Positions 19,799 through 40,961 of a DNA stretch of 64,000 nt are shown piece by piece. The notes under the pieces were generated by a model. It was given only the letters and a program-made list of their open reading frames with translations, had not been told where the DNA came from and did no database searches. Positions within the stretch are counted from its first letter, which is position 1, and the number at the start of each line of letters is the position of its first letter. This stretch comes from the human T2T-CHM13v2.0 reference genome, Homo sapiens. Both the position numbers and the translations under genes were made by a program. The stretch lies in the NCBI RefSeq assembly GCF_009914755.1, contig NC_060938.1; one strand, given 5' to 3'.

Positions 19799-20849
19799 TA
19801 ATGCAGGGTTTTAACATGTCCTTCAATTAAGTTTAGTTGTTTCTGATTGTATTTTCATCCCAAGCTCCCTCAGTCAGTGGAAGTTACCCAGTCCCAAACT
19901 GACAGATTAATATCCTGATCCAAGGACTTTTCAGCTCCATATTCAGAAATCCCCAATTTATCCTTCTACCTCTATGGCTGATTCACCATACCAACTTAGG
20001 AAAGTATTGTCAACTCTTTATGGCTAGGGTCTCCACTCTGTAAAAAGGACCATTATTATACTAGCTGCATATTCAACATAGTTATTTTACCTCTTAGTAG
20101 TCCACACTTAAGGAATCACAAAGGAGTGGGCGAATGTTTCAGAAAGTATTTGGGAGAGTTTCAAAAAAACAAAAAACAAAAAAAGGGGAAAGAAAAAAGG
20201 GAGTTACAAAGCTTCCAACTCAAGTGGCTTGGAAGAGATCAGCTGATAAAAATCAAAACAGGCTTGACATGGAAAGGGAAAATACTCTAGACAATAAGTG
20301 TGAGGACTGTAAAGGCTGTTGGCTCACCTACCTCCTGAATAAGCTAAAAATATTTCCCCAAGGAGTGGCTGGGATCTGCAGCATTCCAAGGAATTAAGAA
20401 TTCTGGTTTGATCCTTTTGGTTCACAGGATCCCTAGCAGCAATCCTCAAGAGCCTCAGCAGATTGGAGAGATGCCTCTTTGATTCTGTCCCAGAGCTAAA
20501 GATTGGAATAACTGTCCCTCCCCCTCTAAACCCACAGTCTGCCACAAGAACATTTTAAACCTTCCTCCATGATGGGCAGCAGAACTCCCTGACTAGTCCT
20601 CCAGATCCTTCTCAAGCACAGAATAGAGAGAGCATGATGGTGAGTGAGGATACTGTCCTTCCTGCAGGTCTTCAGTTCCACCACACTCTCCTAAGGGAAG
20701 GAAGAAGCCAGGCCTCAATGCTGTACCTCTCTCTGGAGGCAGCAGGCACAAGTGGAATGGAAGTGATGGAAAATCCTGCTTTTATGCAAATTGTAACTAT
20801 AAACTCATTATAGTCAATATGAACATTGTATGGCTAAAGAATATCTCCA

Positions 20850-21368
20850 GCCAGGCATGGTGGCTCACGCCTGTAATCCCAACACTTTGGGAGGCCGAGG
20901 TGGGTGAATTGCCTGATCTCAGGAGTTCAAGACCAGCGTGGCCAACATGGTGAAACCCCATCTCTACTAAAATACAAAATTAGCCAGGCGTGGTGGTGCA
21001 AGTCTGTAATCCCAACTACTCGGGAGGGTGAGGCAGGAGAATCGCTTGAACCTGGGAGGCTTGCAGTGAGCTGAAATCACGCCACTGCACTCCAGCCTGG
21101 GTGACAGAGCGAGACTAAAAACAATATCCCCACAGTTGTCAGAAAAAAGCTTTTGTGAGACCAGCCTGGGCAACTAAAATACAAAAATACAAAAAATAAG
21201 CCAGGCATGGTGGTGCATGCCTGTAATCCCAGCTACTCGGGAGGCTGAGGTGGGAGATCACTTGAGCCTGGGAAGTCGAAGCTGCAGTGAGCCATGATCA
21301 CACCACTGCACTCCAGCCTGGGCAATGGGAGTGAGACCCTGTCTCAAGAAAGAAAAAAAAAAAAAAGA
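20850..21368 (+). mobile_element. Two Alu elements
   Basis: Alu consensus. Confidence 0.9.
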
Positions 21369-21412
21369 AGTTTTTGGGTACAGAGTTGATCCCAAAGACT
21401 GTGGTCACTTTA

Positions 21413-21638
21413 AAGAAGGTTTCTCAACCTCTTCACTATTGGCATTTTGAGCTGGATAATTCTTTGTTATGGGGGCTGTCGTGTGCACTGCAGGATGTTT
21501 AGCAGAACACCCACTAGATGTCAGTAGCATTCTCCTTCCCCTGCCCCCGGCCACCCACCAGTTGTAATAATCACAAACGTCTCCAGATGTTTCCAAATGT
21601 CTCCTGAGGGTAAAATCACCCCAGGTTGAGAACTACTG
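21413..21638. mobile_element. MER20 DNA transposon
   Basis: ggtttctcaacct...ggataattctttgttatggggg...tgcaggatgtttagc...ggttgagaactactg. Confidence 0.8.
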
Positions 21639-22015
21639 CCCTAGAACTTCTCTAGGTTTGGTCAGCTGCCAGGATGGGGACTCCCAGCTCAGCAGGATGT
21701 TCTTTGGGCTCCCAGCCACGCCAAGAAGTGTTCAGGCAGACCTGGTTCAGGCCAGTCCCTTCCTGGCTAAGAGCTCTTGGAATGACTGGAATCTCCAAAC
21801 CTCTATAACTGAGCTGAAGGTCTAGTGACTCTCTGCATCTCTGAAGCTTGAGACCACCTCAGGACAGCTTCACTTGCTTTTCCACCCAAGGTGCCCCTTG
21901 TCACTTACTCTGCACACTAGCTTAATTTGCAGGCAATTTCCAGAGTTACCCTTTGGTGACCAATCTGCTCAATCCCTTAAAGATCTTCTCATCAGGATTA
22001 TTAGAACACTAGGAA

Positions 22016-22372
<357 letters not shown>

Positions 22373-22565
22373 CTAAAAGCTTGATGTTTAGCAGGGGACT
22401 TCCTATCCCTAGTGTTACAGAATAACCTCTCTCCTTATCCCTCCCACTCTGGTAGGATTCAGTACAGCATTCATTCAATATGGGAGGCCTAAAATCAACC
22501 CACCCATCACTCTTCACTTATCTCTCCAGACTGAAGAAAAATTTATAGAAACTGAGCTCACTCAC

Positions 22566-22886
22566 AGAGAGTACAAGATCCCGCTTGCGCCTGGAGTTCT
22601 TCTGCCCACTTCCTCTGGTCCTGCATGGGGAAACGGTCAGCCCTAGAGAGTGTCTCAGCTCCCCAGTGCTCCCAGGGCCTGACTCTTCCAAGGCACTGTC
22701 CAGCGCAGCAGCGGCATTGAGCATGTCCTCAGGGCGGGGTGGTGGCAGCTTGGTTCCATTTTCTGGTCCTGTCTCTGGGGTTGCCCGCTGGATTGCCAGT
22801 TGTGTGGCTGGTGAGAGTTGCTTGGCATAAGCAGGGACCAGAACTCGCTGTACTGCACCCTCAGAGGCCACGTAATCATCCACCAG
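22566..22886 (-). CDS. C14orf93: C14orf93 coding exon 2
   Basis: TAG acceptor, GTGAGT donor; 107 codons LVDDYVASEG...NSRRKRDLVLS. Confidence 0.93.
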
Positions 22887-23587
22887 CTAAGAACATAAAA
22901 AATAATAGCCTATTAGCCAGCCAGGCTTAGGGGAACCTGGTTAACCATCATTCTTTGGCTAAGAATAGTGAACAGAAAGTGGAAAGAAGGGGAACTCTAG
23001 CACAGTCTTTAATGGTCAATGGCTTGTTTCTCTGGGACTCCTATGAGTGTTGGGCAAATATTTCTTGTGTGTACAGGGCCTCTCATGTTGGGTTGTTACC
23101 ATAGGGCTGCTCACAAGGAGAAAGCATGTTTCTGACACTGTTGGTGAATAGTCATTTATGGATAGCTCTTGGATATAAGAAATGGAGCTAGATAAGTGTT
23201 TTGTCTGAAAGGACTGGGTGAAGAAGTGATGACAAGAAAGAAACCAAGCAAGAGAAGGAGTAAGAAAATAAAACAGTAACAGCAATAAAGAGGAGACATA
23301 AAAGACAAATGAGCAAAGGAGGAAGACATAAAGTCAGAAATCCCTAGAGAGACTGGCAGCAACAGCTCCCCTCACCTATCCTCCATTCCCAGAGTCAGTC
23401 CATGCCCTCACCTTGATCCTGCCCCGGCCACATTCGACTGTCATAGCCCCTGACATCTACCTGACTGCCTGTGCCCTCACTCAAGGACATACAGAGCCGG
23501 GAAAGGAAGAAGGGAGCAAGGGAGAGAGGGAGGAAGAAAGGAGGGGGGATTTCTGCAGTCAAGAAAACAAAATACTGAAAGTGGGGA

Positions 23588-23596
23588 CACACACGC

Positions 23597-23629
<33 letters not shown>
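23588..23629. repeat. (CA)n microsatellite
   Basis: Interrupted CA repeat, seen directly. Confidence 0.95.
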
Positions 23630-23635
<6 letters not shown>

Positions 23636-25044
23636 TGCGGGGGAGGAGGCTGAGATTTATAGACCTGTGAGCTGCTTTCTGCGCTGTGAAATCTAATTCC
23701 ATCCTGTCGGCTTGGAAGCCTTTCCTGCCTCAAAGAACCCACAGCTCAGGGCAATGCCTAGCCTGGTACCTTTCTGCCTCCCACCTTCCAGGTCCTCCCT
23801 TGAGCTGGAACCACGGAGAGTCCTGACCAGCCACAGACTGGGGTGAGCAGCAGTGGCCATTACCCATATGGCTGTGCCTTCAGGAGAGCAATGACCAGTT
23901 GCTGTGTTACACTGGAGGGGGAGAGAGGGGTTTATGTATTCATTTCTCAGATCCAGCAGATGGGCTGGGAGTTTCATCCCTCCCATCTACTCCATGTGTT
24001 CTGCTCCTTTACTCTTTACTGGGTGTCTATGTCTTGTTGTGGGGGGAGGAGAAAAAGAGAGGACAGACGGAGAATAAGGTGGAGAGCTGACAGAACTCCA
24101 ACCGTCTCTCAAGTGGCACCACATCTGTTATTTTCCTATCTCTAAGATCTCTATAGTTGCTCCATCTCCTTTTCATACTTCCATGTGTGACATTCTGCAG
24201 TTCTTACTCTACTCAGCCAGGATTTTCCTGCTCATATGGCCCTTAAGCAGTAAAGAAACTGAAATAGCACAATGTACATCTATGTCTTTTCCTGCTCACA
24301 AAATATGCTTGCTTGCTTCCTTCTTTTCTTCCCTCTTTCTCCCTATATGTTATTCTCTTACTGTTAACAATCAGTTGGCCATTTCTTTTTCTCATTTCCC
24401 ATTTTATTTCCTTTCCTCTACCTCCCCCTCGCCTTACCTCATAGTCTCTCTCCCGTGGTGTAGATTCTCTTTCCACATAGATTCACCTTTCTTCTGTGCT
24501 CCCTTTTTTCACTTTTTCTCCTCCCTCAGCCCTTCATTTCTACTTGTCTCTTTCCCTCCCTATACTTGTCTTCTATTATCTTTATCTTTGTCCTCTCACT
24601 TTTTCCTCCTCTCTCCACCTCTGCCTCTCTCCCCTGTACATTCCCATCTCTCTTTGTACTGAATTCCTCTTGGCAAGCAGAGGGCCTGCGATAAAATATG
24701 AATGAGCCGTCTGTGCACGGCAGGCATCCTCGCCAGGAGAGGCAGAGTCCATGGAGCAGCCGAGACAGCTGTGGAAGAGAAGGTGCCATGCGGAGCTACT
24801 GAGAGAGAGGGAAGGGCACCCCATCACTACACACAGCAAAAAATGACCTTCTGCCAAAGAAGCTGATGGTTCAGGAAGAAAATAGAGCTGACTATCCCTG
24901 AAGGAAAAGGAAACGTGGTACTGTTTTGCTTTATCACAAATACAAACAAAAGGTTTAAAGATGGAAAGAAAAGAACAGAAAGGAAAAAGAGTGAAAAGCC
25001 AGGAAAAGCACCTAGGAGGAATAGCCCTCTGCTGCCATACTCAC

Positions 25045-25641
25045 AGGATTGAGCAGGGGGGCCGCCTCGCTGGCAGCCAGCGTGCACCCTGGGAGCCGCA
25101 TGTCCCTCTGAGTTGCTGGGAAGCCCAAAGGCCCAGGCCCCACTGAGGCTGCTCCCAGCTGCCGCAGCTCCTCAATCACCACCTGCACGCCGCTGCCCAC
25201 GCTGTCACACTCCTCTTCCACGGCAGACAGAGCCTTAAAGGCTTCCCCGGGACTTTCCTTGAGAGGCCCAGGCTCCTCAGGTGGGGAACTATGTGCCCGG
25301 CTTTCCCCATCTTCATCAGGGATGGACACTTTCCCTTGCCTCAGGTCACCCACTTCCTCCTGGAGACGTTTTAACAACTCATTGTTGGCCCTGGCAAGAC
25401 CCAGAGCAGCTTCAGCCAAACCCACTGCCTTATCGACCCGCTGGTAGATAACATGCAGGAGCTGCTCTGAGCTCTGAACAGCCAAGCCATGTCCAGTCAC
25501 TGTGATGGGGGTGCTGGGAGGAGGATTCCCACCCTGGGAGCCTGTGTTGCCTCCATTAGTCTCACTCTTACAGGCGCAGCAGCAGCATCTGGCCTCGCTG
25601 CCACTGGGAGGGGAGAAGAGAATGGTGGCACTGAAGGACAT
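25045..25641 (-). CDS. C14orf93: C14orf93 first coding exon. Full CDS = complement join(13833..14252,14521..14633,16360..16463,16684..16745,22566..22886,25045..25641), 1617 nt, 538 aa
   Basis: GCC-ATG at 25641 gives MSFSATILFSPPSGSEARCCCCACKSE, followed by a coiled-coil-like segment; GTGAGT donor. The six exons splice in frame. Confidence 0.93.
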
Positions 25642-27038
25642 GGCGGATGGGGCAGTAACAACCACGCTTACACTGCTGGGCCGCTCCAACAGGTAGGAAG
25701 CATCAACTTCTCTGGACTCACTTTCCTTTCTCAATGAGGATGGTCAGAGGAGCCCAGGCCCCAAGCTGTAGGGTCTGTGAAAGAAGAGTAAACAAGCCAT
25801 GAAGAAGCACACAGTCCATGGCGGCCTCTCCTCGGCCTGCAGAAGGGAGACAGGTGCCTTCTATTTGCAGATCCTGTGCTCTCCTAGCACATCACAAATC
25901 AAGGCCTTCCTGATGAACGGTTTCAGACGGTAGAGAGCATTCCTTCTGCCCCCCAGCATGGAACCCCCGACTAGTGCAACCTAAGGAACAGGGAAGGGAT
26001 TCAGAAGGACCTTCCGGCATCTGGAAAGATTAGAAGATTAAGGAAGAAAATGTAGATCTGTCTCCTCCTCCTCCTCACCATCTTTACTGTAATAATGGTA
26101 CTGCATTTCATTGCTTTGACATTGTTCCTTAAGGTGTTCAGAACACTTCACATAAGTTACCTCATCTACTCAACAGCACTAGGAAACATATTACTCCAGG
26201 TCCAGAGAAGAGACATGTGGAGAAGTTATATGTCTTTTTCAAGGTCAGAGGAATAACAGCAGAATCCAGTTATTGCTACTTTCAATGTAGTGTTGTATTT
26301 TTTTTTAACTGATACCACTTTTTGTTGACATTAACAATCATGACAATCATGATTCTACCCTCTCTGTAATTTTCATACAAATGCATTCAGAGTAACACTC
26401 CTAAATAAGGAATACATCCATCACTGCAGCCCTCAGCATGTCACCAACTTCTCACTGTTATATTATATCATTAATGCTTTGGGGATGAGGGCAGGGAAAT
26501 GAAATGAAAAGATCAGGGAATTGAGCTGGGGTAACCCAGGGCTGCACAGCCCCCTTTCCCACATAGTCGTGTACCTGGGCCATGAGCCTCTGTAATGGAA
26601 ACTAGCTGTCCTGAATCTTCCAGCCAGGAGCCCAGAGAAATCACCCGTGGGGCCCCTTATCTTCATTTCTCAAGCTCCTTAAGGGTGGATCCAAAATTCA
26701 ACAGGAATGTTTGAACAGCTATGCTGTCACTTTGCCTGCATGACCAGCCCCCATTAAAGGAGAAACCAGAATGTCAGTAATAAACCAAACTGCCTTTCTT
26801 TTAAATTACTGTAGTTAAGCAACTAAACTACTCCAGGAGAGAAAAAAAGGGGTAAAGAAGTTGATTTGTACCACTGAGAACACTCCCGGGAACTTAATAA
26901 ATATTGTAATTTTCTAAATAATACTTGATGATAGAAAAAAAATCCTTCTGATGTGCCATGTCAAAACCTTAAGTATGTTTACAATTTCTCTGAGAGATGC
27001 ATTTCTCTCTTACCCTGTAAATTAAAACATCACAATTA

Positions 27039-32103
<5,065 letters not shown>

Positions 32104-33299
32104 GAGGAGACACCAGTATATTAGAGAAGAAGTGTATTTATTTAACATTTTAAATTTCAAATGATGGCAACATGTTTAAGTAGAAAGTCCTGAAAACAAC
32201 TGACTAGGTCTAAAAAAGAGAAAAAGATCTTCAATCTTGGGATGCGTTGCCAACACAACATGACAGTAGATGTCACACTTAGGTTTGCAAAAAATATAAG
32301 CATTTGGGGTTCATTTCAGTATTGGTCTAATTTAAATAAATGTGAAACGAGCCTTAAAAATGTACTTTCCAGTACTTTTGGTATTTTTCATAAATATTTA
32401 GATAAAAAAGAAAGACAATTCATCTCCTTTAGACAGACAGTTCAGGGTAAGACTGTCCATAATTTTAACTATCCCTTTCCTCCCAAGTCACATTTTTGTT
32501 AGGACTAAATATATCATACTCTTGGCAGTTCCCTTGCTTGCTTTCTCCCCATTCTGAGTTTGAATTTTCTGCATGACTGAGTTCACCTCCAAACTATGAA
32601 AAATAAAAGTTTTCTCACTATTTAATAGATGTGTATGATATGGTATCACTCAGATGATATATGTTTTTATAATGGGTGCTTGACTCATTCAGGGTCATGC
32701 TAGCAATAGACTTCCTTAAATGTGATTACTGAAAGCATGGCAATTCATATCATAATCTTCATTTTAAGAAATAAATAAGGAAAACGGCCACTTAAAGCTC
32801 CTGCTGTGTTGGTCAGTCCTACTCCTCCACTTCAAGGTGCAAAATGGCTCACCTGTCAAAAGGTTCTCTCAAAACCTATTTTTATCAGAAATGAGCTCCT
32901 TATCACACAAGAGCAGCTAAGTAAATACCACAAAATACTATTTTCCCACATTTTAAAAGAGTGACTCGACTAATGGTCTGCAAAAAATCCAAGACCTTAT
33001 TTTTAGGGGTAAAAAAGAGAGCTGTAGACCCAGAAGGCCGAATGCGGTCTTTAAAGGATTCCACGTAATCTGAAAATTCCACGTATATTTCTATAGCAGG
33101 ATGAGAATTTTTAGCCCAGTATAGCACAGTCCTTTTTATTTACATTTGCTAAGATTACATTGGTAAGATTAATATTTCCGATTTCAGGTTTGCCTAAAGG
33201 ACCCACTGCATTTATGGAGAAACTGAAAAATGAAAAAGTAGCTCCTAGAACTCGTGCCAGCGAGAACTTGGTAAATGTTAGTTGATTAAATATTAGTCA

Positions 33300-33900
33300 A
33301 GGATGACAAGGTGGACCCCAGGGAGGGCAGAACCGTTTCCGATGGGTCAGTGTGATTCAGCTACGGGAAAGGCGATCGCAGCGACGCGGGAAGCAGAGAT
33401 CGGCGACTGCTCAAGAGGCCTCAGGGGACAGGGTGACTCGCCACTGTGCCCTACCATACAGTGCGCTCTGGGAGTCCCGGGTAAAGGGGGTCATTCCCGC
33501 GAGGGATGCGGAGAGCAGAGCGGCCGGAGGAGCGGCTAGGGATCTCGCCGGGTCACCGGGGAGGGTAGACTACGTAGCCCCGAGAGCTTTGAGAACTTGG
33601 GCTGAAGGCGGCGCTCGCCGTGAGAACTGACGCGGAGGTGCAGCTTTGCAGCCCTACAGATGTTCTACCGCGTGTGCCTGGCGCTACCGCACGGGCTGAC
33701 TCAGCTAGGCAGAGGCGGAGGCGGGCGCGCGGGAGACAGAACTATCCGCGGCGCCTGCCCGTGTACCCGGCTACCGCGCGCACGCGGGGAGACACCGCCC
33801 CGTTTGCCTTCTGGCTCCCGGTGATTGGCGGTTAGACGATGGCTGGGGAGCAGGGTCACGGACACTATTGGCTGCAAACAACAGTCACTCAAAAAGTCAG
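33300..33900. promoter_or_regulatory. Internal CpG island; probable alternative C14orf93 promoter
   Basis: CpG-dense; GC boxes near 33720 and 33795; two minus-oriented CCAAT boxes (ATTGG near 33824 and 33867). Confidence 0.7.
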
Positions 33901-34490
33901 GTAGGGGAGGGGCCTCCTCAGGGAGGGACAAGACTGTGAGGCTTTTTCAAGGCCGTCAGACGCCATCTTTAGCTTGTTTTTGTTTACTTGCTTTTGTTCT
34001 CTGCTGCTCACAAACCTGTGTGTACACGATTATAAGCACAGTGGCCACAAATCGGCGTCACACGTTGGGTGGTGGCCGACTTTTAGTTACTGCTGGCCTC
34101 GGTTACATTTCTTTCACATGTCACCTGCAAATTAGCAGCTCCTCACAGTTCAAAGAAGTTTCCAATACTAGGGGCCCCGAGGATTCCCAGGCAAAATCAA
34201 CAGAGTTTAGTTTTGCTTTGCTTTGGAAGGCCAAGCCAACGATATATATGTGCGAGGAATTCTCTCCTTTCTTAGGAAGAAAAAGCAAGAACAGTGGATA
34301 TGACCCTACGTTCCTGGATGTAGAAATCAAATAGCCTAGGAAATCAGGGATACGGGCTCTGCACTGTTCAGGGAGAGCTCTCCCTATTTTTTGAGACGCT
34401 AAAAAGTAAGGTAAAAAGTATATGTGATGACCTGTAGTGATGTGGAAAAGAGCTAAAAAGGGTAAAACTCCATTAAAAATTCCCGTAACT

Positions 34491-34800
<310 letters not shown>

Positions 34801-36699
34801 CTCCCATCACTGTTGTGATCACAAAGATCACTAAAATGTGACTAGATTTCAAAGAAATGCAGGTCTGAAATTGTGGAATAATCCACAGTCGAGCCAGTAT
34901 TTATTAAGCACTGGTCTGACTTGAATTGTTAGAGAATAAAAATACACTCAGCACAAGTAAGAAACCCAGAAAGCCCAAACAGGGCCACTTTTGTTATAAA
35001 TTTGTACAAGTAACTTTATTGCAGTCAGTATTTAGGAGTCAAATACTGCTTGAAATAGAGTAGGATGCTAGCTGTGTAATAGAAATGCATTATTATACAG
35101 AAGTTTTGTTGTAATGAAATTTAAATTCTACAGTAGATTTTTTTTTTTGTCTCCTGGTTGTCACTGCATTTGTGACATTCCAGTTTCTCCCTCAGCACCT
35201 CATATACCTCCTATGCTTTCACTCCAATCTGCGAATACAAATTTGGATACAGATATTTTCCATACAACTTCTAATGAGGAGATAGTGATTCTGTAACAGA
35301 ATGAAGTGAAAATAGGGCTCCTATAACAGGAGGTTCTGCTCTGCGAGCCTGTTTTTCTCTAATTCATATACTTTTTTCTGTGACTCTTAGAAATGAGAAG
35401 CTTTCCATTCTAAAAATGCAACATGATAACCAAAAGGCATTTCTTATCCCTTCTATTATTTGCCTTTGCATCCTCTTGGCTCCCCATCACCATCACCATG
35501 AACAGTTTTTGAGAATTACACTTGACTGGATTTTTTTCCTGATACTTTGCCAGCTGTGGAGCTTTTCGAATATTCCAACCAATAAACGACCATTTTGTCA
35601 AAAAGCCAAGAAAGAACTTCCCTTCTGAACACACCAACCAAACCACACATAAAGGCCAAAATATACACAGCTGTACACTTAAGAACGTGAGACAATAAAA
35701 AGCAAAACCACTTAGGCAAAACAGTCACTGAAGGCTTTGAACCACAGATTCAATAAATTGCCTACTCTCATTTGCCACATGGACTATATACTCCTTGGCA
35801 ATTATTTAATTATTCATTATTCTGATCCTTTAGGAGCAGAAAAATATAGTAAATGCACATAGAAAGTGCCTAAGTATGCTAAGCATAGGATTTCTTCTAA
35901 GCTCTGCTTTGCACACAAAATATTTTGATCACATTTGGGAAGACAACGGAAAAAAATTCACATCCTAGGGGATACTTTGCACACATAAAACCAGATATAT
36001 TTATCACTTTTGAAAATAAAATCTGATATGGCACATATACACACATATTGTACATATACACAAATAACCCCAAGTTATAACTTTACAAATTTGTTTCAAG
36101 AAACACACACACACACACACAAATGTTCTAATGAAAATGTGTGTGAAAGACACACTGTAATTAAGGTCTTTCCCCCTTCCCTAGGGAAATGAATGTCTCC
36201 ATTATAATATCCCAATATTAACTTATTGGCCTTGGACAAGTGCCACATCCCAGCCACTTGGTTTTGGTTCTGGGGGGGTGGGTGTGTAAAAAGCACGCAA
36301 ACGGCTTTATGAGGGAGCCTCAAATCTCTCTGCTTCCTTCGATGTTGCCTGTGGCAGAAATTTACATTATCCCTTCAGCCCGCTTAAAAAATTCTGTACT
36401 TCCCAAGCGGCTAAATTTTTAAAGTCCCTCAACCACAAAAATCTACCAGTTCTTAAAATGTGATTTAAAAAAAAGAAAAAAAAACTATAAATTTGGCCGG
36501 AAACGGTTGTACACGGCCATCCTGCTTCTCAACTTCTTGGTATATTTAAAACCTTGACCAGGAAAAAGAAAGAGGAAGAGAGACAGAAAAAGAAATGGGG
36601 GAAAGAGCAAATTCCCCTTAGCAACAGTTTCCTCACCCCAACACTGCTACAGATCTCTATTTTTAAAAAATTTGAAAACACACACAAGATTAAGGAGGA

Positions 36700-36960
36700 A
36701 AAAAAATGGAAAAAGGATACCCGAAGGTCGTATGGCTCTTTGTATTCGTGTGTGTGCAAAAAGGAGGACTCGCGGAGCCCGAGCCGGCAAGCCCCGCCCC
36801 TCCCCGGACGCCCTCCCGGATTGGCCGTCCGCGGCCGCGGGGCGCCCCGCCCGCAAGCACACGCGCCGCGCCCGAGGCGCCAACCCCGGAGTTGGGGGCG
36901 GGGGGGGCCCTGAGGGCCGCCGGACCCCCGACCCCCAACCTCGCCTGGACCTTGGCAGAC
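36700..36960 (-). promoter_or_regulatory. C14orf93: Distal C14orf93 CpG-island promoter, with a probable short non-coding exon 1 (~36721..36790)
   Basis: GC boxes GCCCCGCCC at 36791 and 36844; minus-strand CCAAT near 36820; candidate donor CGG|GTATCC after 36721. Confidence 0.65.
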
Positions 36961-37655
36961 CCCTTTCCCACCTCTCTCCCTTTCACTTTCTCACCGTCCT
37001 GTCACCCTTTCCCATCTTTTTTTCTCAGTGAAACAAGGCCCAGTCACCAGCATAACAATCCAGTGAGCGACCTCCGGACACTTTGTTAAATTGAGTGAAC
37101 TAGTCAGTAACATTCTAGACTGCAATTAAACATCAGGGACTTGGTGCGTGGGCCCTACTCCGGTTTCCAGGTGAAATGTCTCTGGGTCACGTGTGTTGCT
37201 TAACACCCCCACGTTTAAATGAACATTCACGTATGGAACATCTTTCTGAAGTCTTACACTTCAGCCCGAGCTCCCAGTTTATCTACCTGGCTCAGACCAC
37301 ATTCTCAAAACTAAAGTGGCTCCTCTTTATTTCCAGGAAGACAGCTGGTATACCTGGATTTTAAGCCACCCATAATCTGGTCCCACCCACCTATTTGTTA
37401 TTTATTTATTTATTTAGACAGAGTCTCGCTCTGTCACCCAGGCTGGAGTGCAGTGGTATGATCTTCGCTCACTGTAAACTCCGCCCCTCCGCCCCCACCC
37501 CCACCCCCACCCCCACCCCGCCCAAGCGATTCTCCTGCCTCAGCCTCCCAAGAAGCTGGGACTACAGGCGTGCGCCACTGCACCCAGCTAATTTTTTTTG
37601 TTTTTGGTAGAGACAGGGTTTCGCCATGTTGGCCAGGCTGGTCCTGAACTCCTGA

Positions 37656-37823
<168 letters not shown>

Positions 37824-38299
37824 TAGTGACGGGGTTTCACCATGTTGGCCAGGCTGGTTTTGAGCTCTTGACCTCAAGTTATCCTCCCGCCTTGGCCTCC
37901 CAAAGTGCTGGGATTACAGGCGTGAGCCACCGCGCCTGGGCACATATTTGTTCTTAGTTCCCTCTACGCTCGTCTTATCAATCTTGTATTATTCCTTTAC
38001 TCAAGTGGCTTTTTTTTTTTTTTTTGGCCTGAATTATGCGTCTCCCCTTCCCTGACTGGTCAATTTTTATCCATTCTCTTTCAGCACAGACTGCTTACTT
38101 CCTTCTCTCCGCTCCCATCAACATGAATTTCATGTGTACTCCAGTTAGCGGCACGTAACTCTACCTTGATTCACATATTTTAGTAATTTCACTCCAGTAA
38201 ACTGTTTGAGGTCAGTGATCATATCTTAAAATTGTTTTTCCATCCAGGAACTGTTTGATTCTTACTGCAGTAGCTGGCATAATTGTAGATATTTAGTAA

Positions 38300-38528
<229 letters not shown>

Positions 38529-38799
38529 TAGTCAGGATGGTCTGGATCTCTTGACCTCGTGATCCACCAGCCTCAGCCTCCCAAAGTGCTGGGATTACAG
38601 GCGTGAGCCACCATGCCGGGCCAAAAATCATTTATGATCAAATAAGTGAATTTCTTTTCTAGCTAAAACACAGATTCTGAAACTCACATCTCACAAGAAT
38701 TTCCCTTCTATAGTAAGTAGCAATTTGTGAACACTTATTGTGCAGGAAGTAACTGTTCTGAACACTTTATGTGCATCAATTTAGGTATTATTATTATTA

Positions 38800-39168
<369 letters not shown>

Positions 39169-39189
39169 TCACCTGAGGTCAGGAGTTCA

Positions 39190-39387
<198 letters not shown>

Positions 39388-40317
39388 TCATGTCTGTAAT
39401 TCCAGTACTTTGGGAGACCGAAGCGGCACGGCAGATCCCTTGAGCTCAGGAGTTGGAAACCAGCCTGGGCAACATAGTGAAACCCCTGTCTCTCCTAAAA
39501 ATACACAAATTAGCTGGGTGTAGTGGTGCATGCCTGTAGTCCCAGCTACTCCGGAGGCTGAGGCACATTAATCACTTGAACCCGGAAGGCGGAGATTGCA
39601 GTGAGCCGAGATGGTGCCACTGCACTCCAGCCTGGGTGACAGAGCAAGACTTCGTCTCAAAAATAATAATAATCTAGGGACATGACAACTACATGCAAAG
39701 TATGATCTGGGTCAGAAGAAAAAATGCTATCCTGGACACTAACAGGATACTTGGGAAAATTAAATATGGCCTGGATATTAGATAATTTGATTGTAGCCAA
39801 GTTAGATTAGTGGCGTCACCATTTTACAAGAAACAGGTTCAGAGAGTACTTACTACAAATTTACATAGCTAATAGGCGACAGACCTGAACCCCCAAGCCA
39901 GCTGTCTTATCAAGCTGTTCAACATACACACACACACTCACACACACATTTTGACACTGGCCATCAGTCAGGCCTCGTCCATAAAATTGTTGGTTCTCAA
40001 CGTCCAGGGCATTGTTGGTAGGATCTAGTTCTCAGCAGAAAGGCCTAATGCCTTCAGTGTTGTTTTCACCCTAGCAGCACCCTAGCTTAGGCAATAGATT
40101 TGCCTTTTACCTGAAAATGAGGTGCTAGTGTTTACTTTCTCAAGGGTTATAGACTTTCTGTGTTTCTTTTTTCTCTTTTTAGAGACAGGACCTCACTATG
40201 TTGCCTCGGCTGGTCTCAAACTCTTGGACTCAAGGGATCCTCTTGCCTCAGCCTCCCCAATAGCTGGTGCATGCTACTGTGCCCAACATGTGTTTCTTTT
40301 TATATGCTTTTCATTTA

Positions 40318-40961
<644 letters not shown>

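Noticed and set aside
24183-24662. 159-aa hydrophobic plus-strand ORF resembling a membrane protein
   Set aside because: It derives from a low-complexity polypyrimidine tract (F/L/S/P bias).
24740-24760. REST/RE1-like motif ggcagagtccatggagcagcc
   Set aside because: Too many mismatches at key consensus positions.
25642-25734. 31-aa N-terminal extension of C14orf93 shown in the ORF track
   Set aside because: It starts at TTG; the ATG at 25641 is the supported start.
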